Source: a virus
Lineage: Duplodnaviria > Caudoviricetes
Length of the DNA: 55,910 nucleotides
IMG/VR virus record: IMGVR_UViG_3300008267_009201
Span: 1 to 55,910 of that record
Reading direction: 5' to 3' (one strand)
Below are positions 46,187 to 55,866 of the stretch, piece by piece. The notes beneath the pieces were generated by a model. The model searched no databases, was not told the origin of the DNA, and saw only the letters and a list, made by a program, of their open reading frames with translations. A program made the translations under genes and the position numbers. Within the stretch, counting starts at the first letter, position 1; each line of letters starts with the position of its first letter.

Positions 46187-47308
46187 TTAAATTACATATA
46201 TTTGTCTTGGGAATGCTCTGAATTTCATTTGTTTATTTAAGTTTTCCGCCGTTAAAGCCTCCCTTTCCATAACTTTTTCAGGTTTCAATCTTGTTAAAAT
46301 TCCTTCAGCCCCAATTAATTCTTCAATTAATTTTAGTTTTTCATCTTTACCTTCAGTCGCTAAAGAAGTATAATCCATAGTTAGTTCTGAATCAGGTGTC
46401 TTTAAGTTACCTGAATATTTTCCTCTAACTTTAGATAAAGTTTCTTTACAACTTGCAATAAAGTATCTTCTAACCCATTGTTGTGCCGGATTATTTAAGT
46501 CAACCCAAGACATAGAATCTTGTGGTACATCTGAAGGTAGTCGTATGATATCAGGATTTTGTTTTAGACATTTGTCTCTGTCGGCTGGTCCGACATCGTA
46601 ATACCAATACCAAACTTTACCTTTCATTAAACTTGAGTTACCAAAATCAAATCTACCCCCTGGTGTTTGCATTAAATGTATAGCCTTTTTACCCTCAGGT
46701 AAAGCTGTTATTCTATAAGTTAAATCTCCGGCAATGATTCTTCTTTGGATATTAATCTCTTGCATTCTTAATAACATGTCAAATGCCGGCATCATAAAAT
46801 AGGAACCTGTGTACCCCATCTGAGAATATCCCGCAGGACCTCCTAAACCATAACCACCTAAAGCACCAAAACTCCATGGGTCAAATAATATATTTGTTAA
46901 TTCGGACGGAGTAAACCAAAGTAATTCGTTAATTTCTCTTCCCGCAGGAATTTCATATACCTGTTGGTTTTTAACTAATTGTATATAATCCTTTTTTAAT
47001 ACTTCATCACCTCCAGCTTGTAGACCTACAATTTTAGAATATGCGTATGAGTATCTCTGTTCTAAATTAAAATTTTTAGTTATAAATGCTCTTGATAAGG
47101 ATTCTGTATCCATATTTAATCCCCATAATTGAGCCCATTGAGATTCAATTAAAAAGTTTTGAACATATTGTGAATAATCACCTATTGCAAATTCTAATAG
47201 GGTGTCCATTTGTTCGTCTTCAAGTTCAATAGAACGTAAAGGTGCGCCAAGTACATGACGAACTTTAGTATATAAATCACTTCTTTGTGGTTCTGCGATT
47301 ACTGCCAT
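46187..47308 (-). CDS. Neck/head-tail adaptor protein (T4 gp13-like)
   Basis: N-terminal LGAP...IEL...Q; C-terminal WV.RY..A..K..L..VRGKY.G. Confidence 0.75.
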   Translation of the reverse strand: MAVIAEPQRSDLYTKVRHVLGAPLRSIELEDEQMDTLLEFAIGDYSQYVQNFLIESQWAQLWGLNMDTESLSRAFITKNFNLEQRYSYAYSKIVGLQAGGDEVLKKDYIQLVKNQQVYEIPAGREINELLWFTPSELTNILFDPWSFGALGGYGLGGPAGYSQMGYTGSYFMMPAFDMLLRMQEINIQRRIIAGDLTYRITALPEGKKAIHLMQTPGGRFDFGNSSLMKGKVWYWYYDVGPADRDKCLKQNPDIIRLPSDVPQDSMSWVDLNNPAQQWVRRYFIASCKETLSKVRGKYSGNLKTPDSELTMDYTSLATEGKDEKLKLIEELIGAEGILTRLKPEKVMEREALTAENLNKQMKFRAFPRQIYVI

Positions 47309-47326
47309 AGTTTTTATTTATAAATA

Positions 47327-48037
47327 TCAATCTGACTTTTTAGTTTTAGATAAATAAAGTTCATTTATGAACTTCCAATTAATAGCATCCCAAAAATTTG
47401 TAATGTACTCATCTCTTTTGTTTTGATACTTTAAATAATATGCGTGTTCCCATAAATCTAATCCCAATATTGGGAATCCTCCTCTATCAAATATATTCAT
47501 TAAAGGGTTATCTTGATTTTGAGTTGACATTACTTTTAACCTACCACTTTTTGTAATTACTAACCAAACCCATCCTGACCCAAATCTATTTTTTGCAACT
47601 GATTCAAATCTATCTTTAAATTCTCTGTAAGAACCAAAATCTTTTTTTATTTTTTCTAAAACTTCACCAAAAGGTTTTTGTGGGGATGGGGATAACATTT
47701 TCCAAAACAATGCGTGGTTAAATGCCCCTCCTGCGTTATTTCTAATGATTGTATTGTACTTTGAAATTTTTCTAACAATATTTTCCAACTCAACGTCACC
47801 GTAGTCTTTTTTTCTAAGAGCTGAGTTTAATTTTTTTACGTACCCTTTATAATGTTTTTGATAATGAAACTTCATTGTCTCAGGGTCAATAAATCTACGT
47901 AGAGACGCATAACCATATGGTAGTTTATCAATACCTATGGTTCTCATTTCATTAATAAAATACTTAGTTTCAGGTAAAACTACTTCTCCTGTTATTTTTT
48001 TTTGTAAAGATTCTGATAATAAATTAAGTGATTTCAT
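47327..48037 (-). CDS. sod: Fe/Mn superoxide dismutase with N-terminal extension
   Basis: LPY.Y..L, FHYQKH..YV, GGAFNHALFW, FGSGWVWL, NQDNP, DLWEHAYY; the likely start is 48037, with TATTTAT 5 nt upstream. Confidence 0.93.
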   Translation of the reverse strand: MKSLNLLSESLQKKITGEVVLPETKYFINEMRTIGIDKLPYGYASLRRFIDPETMKFHYQKHYKGYVKKLNSALRKKDYGDVELENIVRKISKYNTIIRNNAGGAFNHALFWKMLSPSPQKPFGEVLEKIKKDFGSYREFKDRFESVAKNRFGSGWVWLVITKSGRLKVMSTQNQDNPLMNIFDRGGFPILGLDLWEHAYYLKYQNKRDEYITNFWDAINWKFINELYLSKTKKSD

Positions 48038-48050
48038 CAATAATAAATAC

Positions 48051-49808
48051 TTACTTATTATTGATTTCGTTAAGTATTTGTTCGACAATATCTGCAGACG
48101 TACCATCATCACCCATTACGGTACCTATTATTTTTTTCTTACTATCCAATATGTCATATATAACACCCTCAATTGTGTTTTCAAAAATTGGATAATAAAC
48201 GGATACTGAATTTTTTTGACCATATCTATAAGCTCTGTCCTCGGCCTGTGAATGGTCGGCAGGTACAAAAGATAAATCATTCATAATACATGCTTCCGCG
48301 GCGGTTAATGTCAAACCAACACCTGCCGCTTTTATATTACCACAAAAAACTTGAACTTTATCATCAGATTGGAATTTATCTACAGCATCTTGTCTTGCAG
48401 GTTTTGAAGTTGACCCATCTAAATAAACTGATTTTTTACCAAAATGTTCGTGTATTTTTTTTAAAGGTTCTGTAAAATTACTAAATATTATAACTTTTTT
48501 ACCCTGTTCTAAAATATTTTCAGCAAGTTCAATAGTCGTTGGTATTTTTTCTTCGGCAATTACCTGTCTTACTTTCATTAATTTTGTAAACTGAATTGAA
48601 AGTGATTTTGATTCTTCTTGTCGATTATTATACCAATCATAGTATTCACCCATCAGTCCCTCATATAGTCTGGACTTTAACTTTAAATAAACAGGTGTCA
48701 TAATCTTTTCAGGTAAATCTAAAACATCGGTTTTTAATCTTCTTAAAATTTGACGAGAAGTTCTTTCTCTAAGTTCTTCCAAATTTGACGCACCTGTAAC
48801 ATTCCAAACTTTTTTATTTCCCACTCTAAATTGATACCCATTACAATATCTTATAGCATAAGCCATCCAATTTTGACTGACAGGACTATCAATTAATTTT
48901 AAAAGATTATAATAGTTCATAGGTCTTGATGTCATCGGTGTACCCGTTAATAACCAAAGTTTGTTAATACTCTTGGTTAAGTCCATTATAATTTTGGTTC
49001 TTTGAGCTTGGGCATTAGAAACGTAATGTGCTTCATCAATAATAATTAAATCAAAATTGGATTTTAATATTAATGAACTTTCTTTATCTTTTGGGTCGTG
49101 AAAGTTTTTTAGAATATCATAATTTGTAATGATATAATCTGAATCTTCAAATTTTTTACCCTCACAAATATAGACACTTTTTTCAGTGTAATTACGAATT
49201 TCTCGTTCCCAATTTATTTTTAAAGAAGCGGGACAAATAATTAAAACTTTTTTGGCACCACTTTCTAAAGACGCGATAACAGTACTTGTTGTTTTACCTA
49301 GACCCATGTCATCGGCCAAAATGAATTTATCATTTTTTAATAATTTCTCAATTGCCTCTTTTTGATGTGGTAAAGGTGGTCGATTATTATATTTAGAATA
49401 ATCTACGTCAACCACATTTTCCTTATATTGTTTAACTATAGCGGCTTTAGGTACCCAAAAGTCATGAATAGTTTCACCACTATGAACCTTACCCCATATA
49501 TGGTATGACTTATCCTTATCAATTAAAATTTTTTCTACGTAAATTTTATCAGGTTCTTTAATGAAAGGATTATCCTCAACAAGTTTTTTTGAAAAGTAAG
49601 AATCGATATCAACCCATTTTTTTGCAACTTTTGGAGTTGTATTAAAATAATTTATAACATACTCACACTGAGACCTTGTTGGGATATGTTTTTTATTAAC
49701 TTCACACTGTTTTTTTATTTTTAGAATGTAGTTATTTGACCCCTGATAATTTTCTAAAATCTCAAGAGCTTTTTGTTCAATACTAATATTTTGTAAATTG
49801 TTTTCCAA
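48051..49808 (-). CDS. SNF2-family helicase (HARP/SMARCAL1-like)
   Basis: LADDMGLGKT, DEAH, LTGTP, RRLK, G.GLTL, QAEDR.YR.GQ; TTG start. Confidence 0.92.
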   Translation of the reverse strand: MENNLQNISIEQKALEILENYQGSNNYILKIKKQCEVNKKHIPTRSQCEYVINYFNTTPKVAKKWVDIDSYFSKKLVEDNPFIKEPDKIYVEKILIDKDKSYHIWGKVHSGETIHDFWVPKAAIVKQYKENVVDVDYSKYNNRPPLPHQKEAIEKLLKNDKFILADDMGLGKTTSTVIASLESGAKKVLIICPASLKINWEREIRNYTEKSVYICEGKKFEDSDYIITNYDILKNFHDPKDKESSLILKSNFDLIIIDEAHYVSNAQAQRTKIIMDLTKSINKLWLLTGTPMTSRPMNYYNLLKLIDSPVSQNWMAYAIRYCNGYQFRVGNKKVWNVTGASNLEELRERTSRQILRRLKTDVLDLPEKIMTPVYLKLKSRLYEGLMGEYYDWYNNRQEESKSLSIQFTKLMKVRQVIAEEKIPTTIELAENILEQGKKVIIFSNFTEPLKKIHEHFGKKSVYLDGSTSKPARQDAVDKFQSDDKVQVFCGNIKAAGVGLTLTAAEACIMNDLSFVPADHSQAEDRAYRYGQKNSVSVYYPIFENTIEGVIYDILDSKKKIIGTVMGDDGTSADIVEQILNEINNK

Positions 49809-49862
49809 TTTATTGAGTTCCCATTATCTCTAATAATAAACAAAATAAAGATATTTATCAAT

Positions 49863-50378
49863 ATGTCACAGAGAAATGTACCAATAACAAGATTAGGAAA
49901 ATTTTTTGGAGCCGAGGATTTTAGTTTAGATGTCGGTATGGGTAGAGAATGGTTAGAGGGGGATATGAATTTCACTTTAGTATTATATAAAGTTGATAAA
50001 AGAAAAACTGATTTAGACGATGTATATGGTGAGGCTTTAAAAAATGGCATTAAATTTTTTCCTCCCGTTGAGTTCAAAGCTTATGTTCAGGTCATGGCTC
50101 CTGAAAATAGAAATATTGGTAACAGTAAAATTAACCAATTTGAACCAGGTAATATGAGAATATCTGTTTACCAAAAACATTTAGACGAACTTGGTATTGA
50201 TATAGATTACGGAGACTACATTGGATATTACGAAAAAGAAAATAGAGTTAGATACTATGTAATAAATAATGACGGTAGGGTTACCTCCGACAATAAACAC
50301 ACTTATGCAGGTTACAAACCTTTCTATAGAACTATGATGGCATCTGCTGTAGGACCTAACGAATTTAACGGTTTATAA
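49863..50378 (+). CDS. Putative head-closure/neck protein (gp14-like)
   Basis: DDVYGEA...F.PPVE and GD.I.Y; lies between the neck and tail genes. Confidence 0.55.
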   Translation: MSQRNVPITRLGKFFGAEDFSLDVGMGREWLEGDMNFTLVLYKVDKRKTDLDDVYGEALKNGIKFFPPVEFKAYVQVMAPENRNIGNSKINQFEPGNMRISVYQKHLDELGIDIDYGDYIGYYEKENRVRYYVINNDGRVTSDNKHTYAGYKPFYRTMMASAVGPNEFNGL

Positions 50379-50381
50379 AAA

Positions 50382-51419
50382 ATGGGTTTACCAAAAAAAA
50401 TAAAAAAAGATATTAATCTAATCCCTAAAAAAGAAGGATTACCTCGTAGAATAGAAATGCTCGATATGATTAATGAGCATGGTACGTTTTTACCAAAATC
50501 TATATTACATGAAGATTTAGATAGAGGATTTTTAGATTTTGTTAAAAACGATTTAGAAACAGTATCTGAAGGTCTAAAAATTCCTGTTATTGACATAATT
50601 ATGACAACTCAGAATTGGGCGAATTTTACAAAAACGTGGGAGTTCCAAAATCTTGACAAAAATCCTGAGCCACCATTTATTACAACAATTAGAAATCCTG
50701 AAGTAAAATACGGTTCGTTACCTTCTCTTCTATGGACAATTCCAAATAGAAGACAATATTATTATGCTGCAGTTCCTACATGGGACGGGGACCGAAAAGG
50801 GTATGATGTCTACACAATACCACAACCAGTTCCTGTCGATATTACATACTCTGTTAAAATAGTTTGTAATAGAATGAGAGAGTTAAATAAGTTCAATAAA
50901 AAAGTTATTGAAAAATTTTCTTCAAGACAAGCGTACACAAATGTTAAAGGTCATTATATTCCAATTGTAATGAATGAAATTTCTGACGAGTCGGTTATGG
51001 ATATTGAAAAGAGAAGATATTATATCCAAAGTTATGGGTTTACATTAATGGGATTTTTAATTGATGAAGATGAATTTGAAGTTAAACCGGCAATTAACAG
51101 AGTGTTACAGTTAATTGAGACCGACACTAAAAAAGTTAAATCTAAAAAAATTAAACAAGAACCATTACCTTCAAATTATTTAACTTTTAATTTTGACAAT
51201 AATAGCTATTCATCTTCTCAACAGATGAAATACACTGCAAACTTAACTGTTGAGTCATTAATTAATGTTACTACTTATATGGTATATATAAACGGATTAC
51301 TTTATGGGTCAGACACAAGATTAATTCAAATTAATAATGGCGATAATTTACAAATTATTGTACAAAAATTAACTCTTAGTGAACCATCATCAATAAATCT
51401 TGGAATTGAATTAATTTAA
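50382..51419 (+). CDS. Putative tail completion/terminator protein (gp15-like)
   Basis: P.PVDITYSV.I; immediately upstream of the sheath gene. Confidence 0.5.
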   Translation: MGLPKKIKKDINLIPKKEGLPRRIEMLDMINEHGTFLPKSILHEDLDRGFLDFVKNDLETVSEGLKIPVIDIIMTTQNWANFTKTWEFQNLDKNPEPPFITTIRNPEVKYGSLPSLLWTIPNRRQYYYAAVPTWDGDRKGYDVYTIPQPVPVDITYSVKIVCNRMRELNKFNKKVIEKFSSRQAYTNVKGHYIPIVMNEISDESVMDIEKRRYYIQSYGFTLMGFLIDEDEFEVKPAINRVLQLIETDTKKVKSKKIKQEPLPSNYLTFNFDNNSYSSSQQMKYTANLTVESLINVTTYMVYINGLLYGSDTRLIQINNGDNLQIIVQKLTLSEPSSINLGIELI

Positions 51420-51566
51420 TTATTCTCCGTAAATATCGTTTTTATTTGAACAACTTTTTTTAATTAACATTTCAACAAATTTGTTTATTTTTAAACCATT
51501 CTTTTCACAATGTTTTTTTAACAAATCGTGATGATATTCTGATATTTTAAGGTTTTTAAATTTCAT
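51420..51566 (-). CDS. Small ribbon-helix-helix-like DNA-binding protein (absent from the ORF track)
   Basis: Manual translation MKFKNLKISEYHHDLLKKHCEKNGLKINKFVEMLIKKSCSNKNDIYGE*: alternating beta strand followed by helix-G-helix. Confidence 0.72.
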   Translation of the reverse strand: MKFKNLKISEYHHDLLKKHCEKNGLKINKFVEMLIKKSCSNKNDIYGE

Positions 51567-51683
51567 AGGATAAAAAAGTAGAAAAAATTCATACCAAAAT
51601 ATAAATAGATTGAAATATGTAAAGTTTTTTGAATTTCCCCTAAGTATTTATATAAAAATAAATTATAAAAAAACTTACATTAA

Positions 51684-54600
51684 ATGGCTAAATCAAACAC
51701 AGTTTTCGTTTCTCCAGGTGTATACACATCTGAAAGAGATTTGAGTTTTGTGTCTCAAAACGTCGGTGTAACTACTTTAGGTATTGTTGGGGAAACGGTA
51801 AAAGGTCCGGCCTTTGAACCGATTTTCATCACAAACTATGATGAATTCCAACTTTACTTTGGTGGGACAACACCTGAAAAATTTGTGAACACACAAATAC
51901 CTAAGTATGAAGCTGCGTATATCGCAAAATCTTACTTACAACAATCTAATCAACTTTTTGTAACTCGTGTATTAGGGTTATCAGGTTACGATGCGGGACC
52001 TTCATGGTCAATTAGCACAGTAGCTAATGTTGATTGTAGTACTGTTGGATTCAACGGCTCACCAACAACATATACTGTTAATTTCACAGGTACTACTGCG
52101 TCAACAAACACGATTAGTTTTACAACAAGTTTCCCGTCAGTTATAAACGCGAACCTTACTGAAAATTATACAACTTTTAATGGTGGAACATCAACAATTT
52201 CAGATGATGTTAAAGCATTGTTATTAGGTATTATGAGAACCCCAGCGTCTTCGGCTTATACTGCAAGTATGTGGGGAACTAATTTAGGTTCTAGTTACAC
52301 TTCATTTGCTAATACATATTCAGCGATAACTAATGAATTTGGCGTTACTAGTTTATCGGCAATTACATGTAATGCAAATAATGACCCATGGTTTTATTCA
52401 AATTTTGATTTAACTACAGGAAATACTTACACAGGTTATTCATTTAATGCTGCAGTAACTACAATGACGGGTACAGCAGGTTCATTCTCAGGGATTATGT
52501 CAGGTACTTACTTTACTCTTACAGGTACTGCATTTTCAAATTACAATAATATTGTTGTAACAACTCTTCGTTCAAGAGGATTGGCAGATTATGCAAATGA
52601 TGCGGGTCCAGTATACCAAGTATCTGCAACAACAGGATTAAGTATGGTTTGTTCAGGAGCTTATTCAGGAGTAACTAAAAATCCGTTCACAACTTTCTTG
52701 TTAACTGGAGTTACAATAGAAAATACTAATTTCACTTATGAAGTTAATCTTTTAGAGACAAGTCCAAATTATATTTCAAAAGTGCTTGGGGTATCAAACT
52801 TTGGTAAACCTAGAACAACTTTCCCATTATTTGTGGAGGAGACTTACTCTACTTTATTAAATTATGCATATAACAAAGGGTATATTCGAGGATTAAATTG
52901 TACATTAGATACAACATCTAAAGCAAGAGATTTAACCGCAGATTCATTAGGTTGGTATTTAGAACAGTACCAAAGTGCTGAGTCTCCTTGGGTTGTTTCT
53001 GAATTACGTGGTAATAAAGTATACGAATTGTTTAAATTCTTCACAATTGCCGATGGTAATAATTCAAATACTCAAGTTAAAGTAACAATTGCAAACATTT
53101 CATTTACTAATGGTACTTTTGATGTGATTGTTAGAGATTTCTACGACACTGACAGTAATCCTGTAGTTGTTGAGAAATTCTCAAATTGTAGTATGGACCC
53201 AGGATTAAACAACTATATCGCTAAAAAAATCGGTACATCTGATGGGGAGTTCCAATTGAATTCTAAATATGTAATGTTAGAAGTTAATGTTGACGCACCG
53301 ATAGATGCATTACCATGTGGTTTTGAAGGTTATATTAATAGAGAGTACCCTTCAGCTACACCGGCATATCCAGTTTATAAGACTAAATATTACATTCCTG
53401 GTGAGACTATTTATGACCCTCCTTTTGGAAACTCTGCAGGTACAAACAATGATACTCAAAGTTCAGGTGACAATGTAAGAAGAAGTTACTTAGGGTTCTC
53501 AAGTCAATTTGGAGTTGACGAATCATTATTAATCTATAAGGGAAAACAAAATCCTGTTAGTGATTTCTGTGATGCGACAACAGGTTCAGATTGGGCTTAT
53601 CTTTCTAAAGGTTTCCATATGGACAGTGGAGCAACTGCTATTACAATATCACAGTTAAATCCTAATTATGGTGGTTTAGTTACTTCAGGAAATCAGGCGT
53701 TTGATTGTGGTGTTGCATCATTTAATAGTGAACCTACATCAGAAACTAACCCTTACTACAGATTATTTTCACGTAAATTCACTATGGTATTACAAGGTGG
53801 ATTTGATGGATGGGATATCTATACTGAAAGAAGAACTAATTCTGACAGATTTGTATTAGGTAGAAGTGGTTATTTGGCAGGAGCGTGTGTTTCTACAACA
53901 TATCCTTTAGCAACTGGAACAGGAATGTTTAAACAAATTACTGTAGGTGAAAATAGTGTCGATTGGGCAAATACCGATTACTACGCATATTTGTTAGGAC
54001 AACAAACTTTCTCAAATCCTGAGGCGGTTAATATAAATGTGTTTGTGACACCTGGTATTGACATTGATAACAACAGTAATCTTGTAGAATCAGCAATTGA
54101 TATGATTGAAAACGATAGAGCGGATTCAATTTATATCACAACCATTCCTGACTTCAATTTGTTACAACCATCAACATCTATGGATAATTTATATTACCCA
54201 CAAGAGGTTGTTGACATTTTAGAAACTTCAGGTATCGATTCAAATTATACGGCAACTTACTATCCTTGGGTGTTGACTCGTGATACAGTTAATAACACAC
54301 AAATTTATCTTCCAGCAACTGCCGAGGTAACAAGAAACTTAGCTTTAACTGATAACATTGCGTTCCCATGGTTCGCAGCCGCGGGTTACACAAGAGGTTT
54401 GGTAAATGCAATTAAAGCACGTAAAAAGTTAACTCAAGAAGATAGAGACACTCTTTACAAGGGAAGAATTAACCCAATTGCAACTTTCAACGATGTTGGA
54501 ACAGTGATTTGGGGTAATAAGACTCTTCAAATTAGAGAATCTGCTTTAGATAGAATTAATGTAAGAAGATTGTTATTACAAGCTCGTAAGTTGATTTCAG

Positions 54601-54860
54601 CAGTGGCTGTAAGGTTATTGTTTGAACAAAACGATGCGGTGGTTAGACAACAATTCTTAGATGCGGTTAACCCTATCTTAGATTCAATTAGAAGAGACAG
54701 AGGTCTATACGATTTCAGAGTGACAGTTCAAAACACACCTGAAGATTTAGATAGAAATCAAATGATTGGTAAAATCTATATTAAACCTACTAAGGCGTTA
54801 GAATTTATCGACATTGAGTTCTTAATCACACCGACAGGTGCGTCTTTTGAGAACATCTAA
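51684..54860 (+). CDS. Tail sheath protein (gp18-like) with large insertions
   Basis: SPGVYTSERDLS, G.T.KGPAF.P, PWFA.AG..RG, INPI..F, WGNKTL, RINVRRLL, FEQND, P.KALEFI. Confidence 0.95.
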   Translation: MAKSNTVFVSPGVYTSERDLSFVSQNVGVTTLGIVGETVKGPAFEPIFITNYDEFQLYFGGTTPEKFVNTQIPKYEAAYIAKSYLQQSNQLFVTRVLGLSGYDAGPSWSISTVANVDCSTVGFNGSPTTYTVNFTGTTASTNTISFTTSFPSVINANLTENYTTFNGGTSTISDDVKALLLGIMRTPASSAYTASMWGTNLGSSYTSFANTYSAITNEFGVTSLSAITCNANNDPWFYSNFDLTTGNTYTGYSFNAAVTTMTGTAGSFSGIMSGTYFTLTGTAFSNYNNIVVTTLRSRGLADYANDAGPVYQVSATTGLSMVCSGAYSGVTKNPFTTFLLTGVTIENTNFTYEVNLLETSPNYISKVLGVSNFGKPRTTFPLFVEETYSTLLNYAYNKGYIRGLNCTLDTTSKARDLTADSLGWYLEQYQSAESPWVVSELRGNKVYELFKFFTIADGNNSNTQVKVTIANISFTNGTFDVIVRDFYDTDSNPVVVEKFSNCSMDPGLNNYIAKKIGTSDGEFQLNSKYVMLEVNVDAPIDALPCGFEGYINREYPSATPAYPVYKTKYYIPGETIYDPPFGNSAGTNNDTQSSGDNVRRSYLGFSSQFGVDESLLIYKGKQNPVSDFCDATTGSDWAYLSKGFHMDSGATAITISQLNPNYGGLVTSGNQAFDCGVASFNSEPTSETNPYYRLFSRKFTMVLQGGFDGWDIYTERRTNSDRFVLGRSGYLAGACVSTTYPLATGTGMFKQITVGENSVDWANTDYYAYLLGQQTFSNPEAVNINVFVTPGIDIDNNSNLVESAIDMIENDRADSIYITTIPDFNLLQPSTSMDNLYYPQEVVDILETSGIDSNYTATYYPWVLTRDTVNNTQIYLPATAEVTRNLALTDNIAFPWFAAAGYTRGLVNAIKARKKLTQEDRDTLYKGRINPIATFNDVGTVIWGNKTLQIRESALDRINVRRLLLQARKLISAVAVRLLFEQNDAVVRQQFLDAVNPILDSIRRDRGLYDFRVTVQNTPEDLDRNQMIGKIYIKPTKALEFIDIEFLITPTGASFENI

Positions 54861-54878
54861 AAAAATGATAGTTAAAAA

Positions 54879-54907
54879 GACCCTCACAGTAATGTGGGGG
54901 TTTTTTT
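54879..54907 (+). terminator. Rho-independent terminator after the sheath gene
   Basis: gaccctcaca-gtaa-tgtgggggtt followed by a T-run (stem includes G-U pairs). Confidence 0.8.
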
Positions 54908-54930
54908 ATTTTAACCAATATTTATAAGAT

Positions 54931-55773
54931 ATGAAAAAAATTTTTGAAGGTTTCACAAAAGAAGGTACTCCTGATTTAAAATACTACGCATTTGATTGGG
55001 ATGATAATATCATGTATATGCCAACTAAGATTATTTTAAAAGATAAAGAAGGTAAAGAGGTTGGAATGGGGACCCATGATTTTGCAAAATATCGTACATT
55101 AATAGGTAAAGAAGATTTTGAATATAATGGTAATACAATTGTAGGATTTTCAGAAGACCCATTTAGATATTTTGGAGAAAAAGGTGACGAAGAGTTTTTA
55201 ATAGGTTGTATGATGGCAAGAAAAGGTCCGGCATGGAGTGATTTTGTGGAAGCAATAAATGGAGGGTCTATTTTTTCAATTATTACTGCGAGAGGTCATC
55301 ATCCTAATACTTTAAAAAAAGCGGTTAAACAATTAATTGAAGGTGAAATTGATGGTATCTCTAAAAGTGAATTGGTTAAAAATTTAAAAAAATATCGTAA
55401 CAAAGTTAAAGGACTCCCAACTGAAAAATTGGATGATAATACACTTATAAATTTATATTTGGAAATGTGTCAGTTTTATCCTGTCACACATGGTGAGGGT
55501 AGTGCGACTAATCCTGAAGATGGTAAAGTTAAAGCGATGAGAAAATTTATATCTTATGTTAGACAACAAGCAAAAATTTTACAACAAGACGTAGAAATGA
55601 TTGACGATGTATCCAACTCTTTCATTCCACAAATAGGTTTTTCAGATGATGACGAAAGAAATTTACAAGCAATGATGAATAAATTATCAGATGAGGAAGA
55701 AAAATCTTTAAAAATGTATACTACTAAAACTGGTGAAAAAAGAAAATTTCAAGGAACTAGTAATGAAGACTAG
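54931..55773 (+). CDS. HAD-superfamily phosphatase-like protein
   Basis: FDWDDN (motif I), ITARG (II), K (III), FSDDD..N (IV). Confidence 0.75.
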   Translation: MKKIFEGFTKEGTPDLKYYAFDWDDNIMYMPTKIILKDKEGKEVGMGTHDFAKYRTLIGKEDFEYNGNTIVGFSEDPFRYFGEKGDEEFLIGCMMARKGPAWSDFVEAINGGSIFSIITARGHHPNTLKKAVKQLIEGEIDGISKSELVKNLKKYRNKVKGLPTEKLDDNTLINLYLEMCQFYPVTHGEGSATNPEDGKVKAMRKFISYVRQQAKILQQDVEMIDDVSNSFIPQIGFSDDDERNLQAMMNKLSDEEEKSLKMYTTKTGEKRKFQGTSNED

Positions 55774-55866
55774 TACAAATATTTTGAAAAAAAAACAAAA
55801 GTAAATAGATTTTTCTTTTGTGATATATTTATAAGAGAATAAAACAGAAAAAAACAAAAAGAAACT

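Noticed and set aside
49806-49826. ATG at 49824 lying one base out of frame with the helicase (it would give MELNKLENN)
   Set aside because: The in-frame TTG start at 49808 is sufficient, and a single-base error cannot be shown without reads.
2079-53044. Short overlapping ORFs in the track (e.g. 2079-2264, 3478-3702, 8401-8637, 17624-17917, 27056-27337, 32341-32529, 45888-46190, 49754-50077, 50324-50596, 52862-53044)
   Set aside because: They are antisense or out-of-frame shadows of well-supported genes and have no recognisable motifs.
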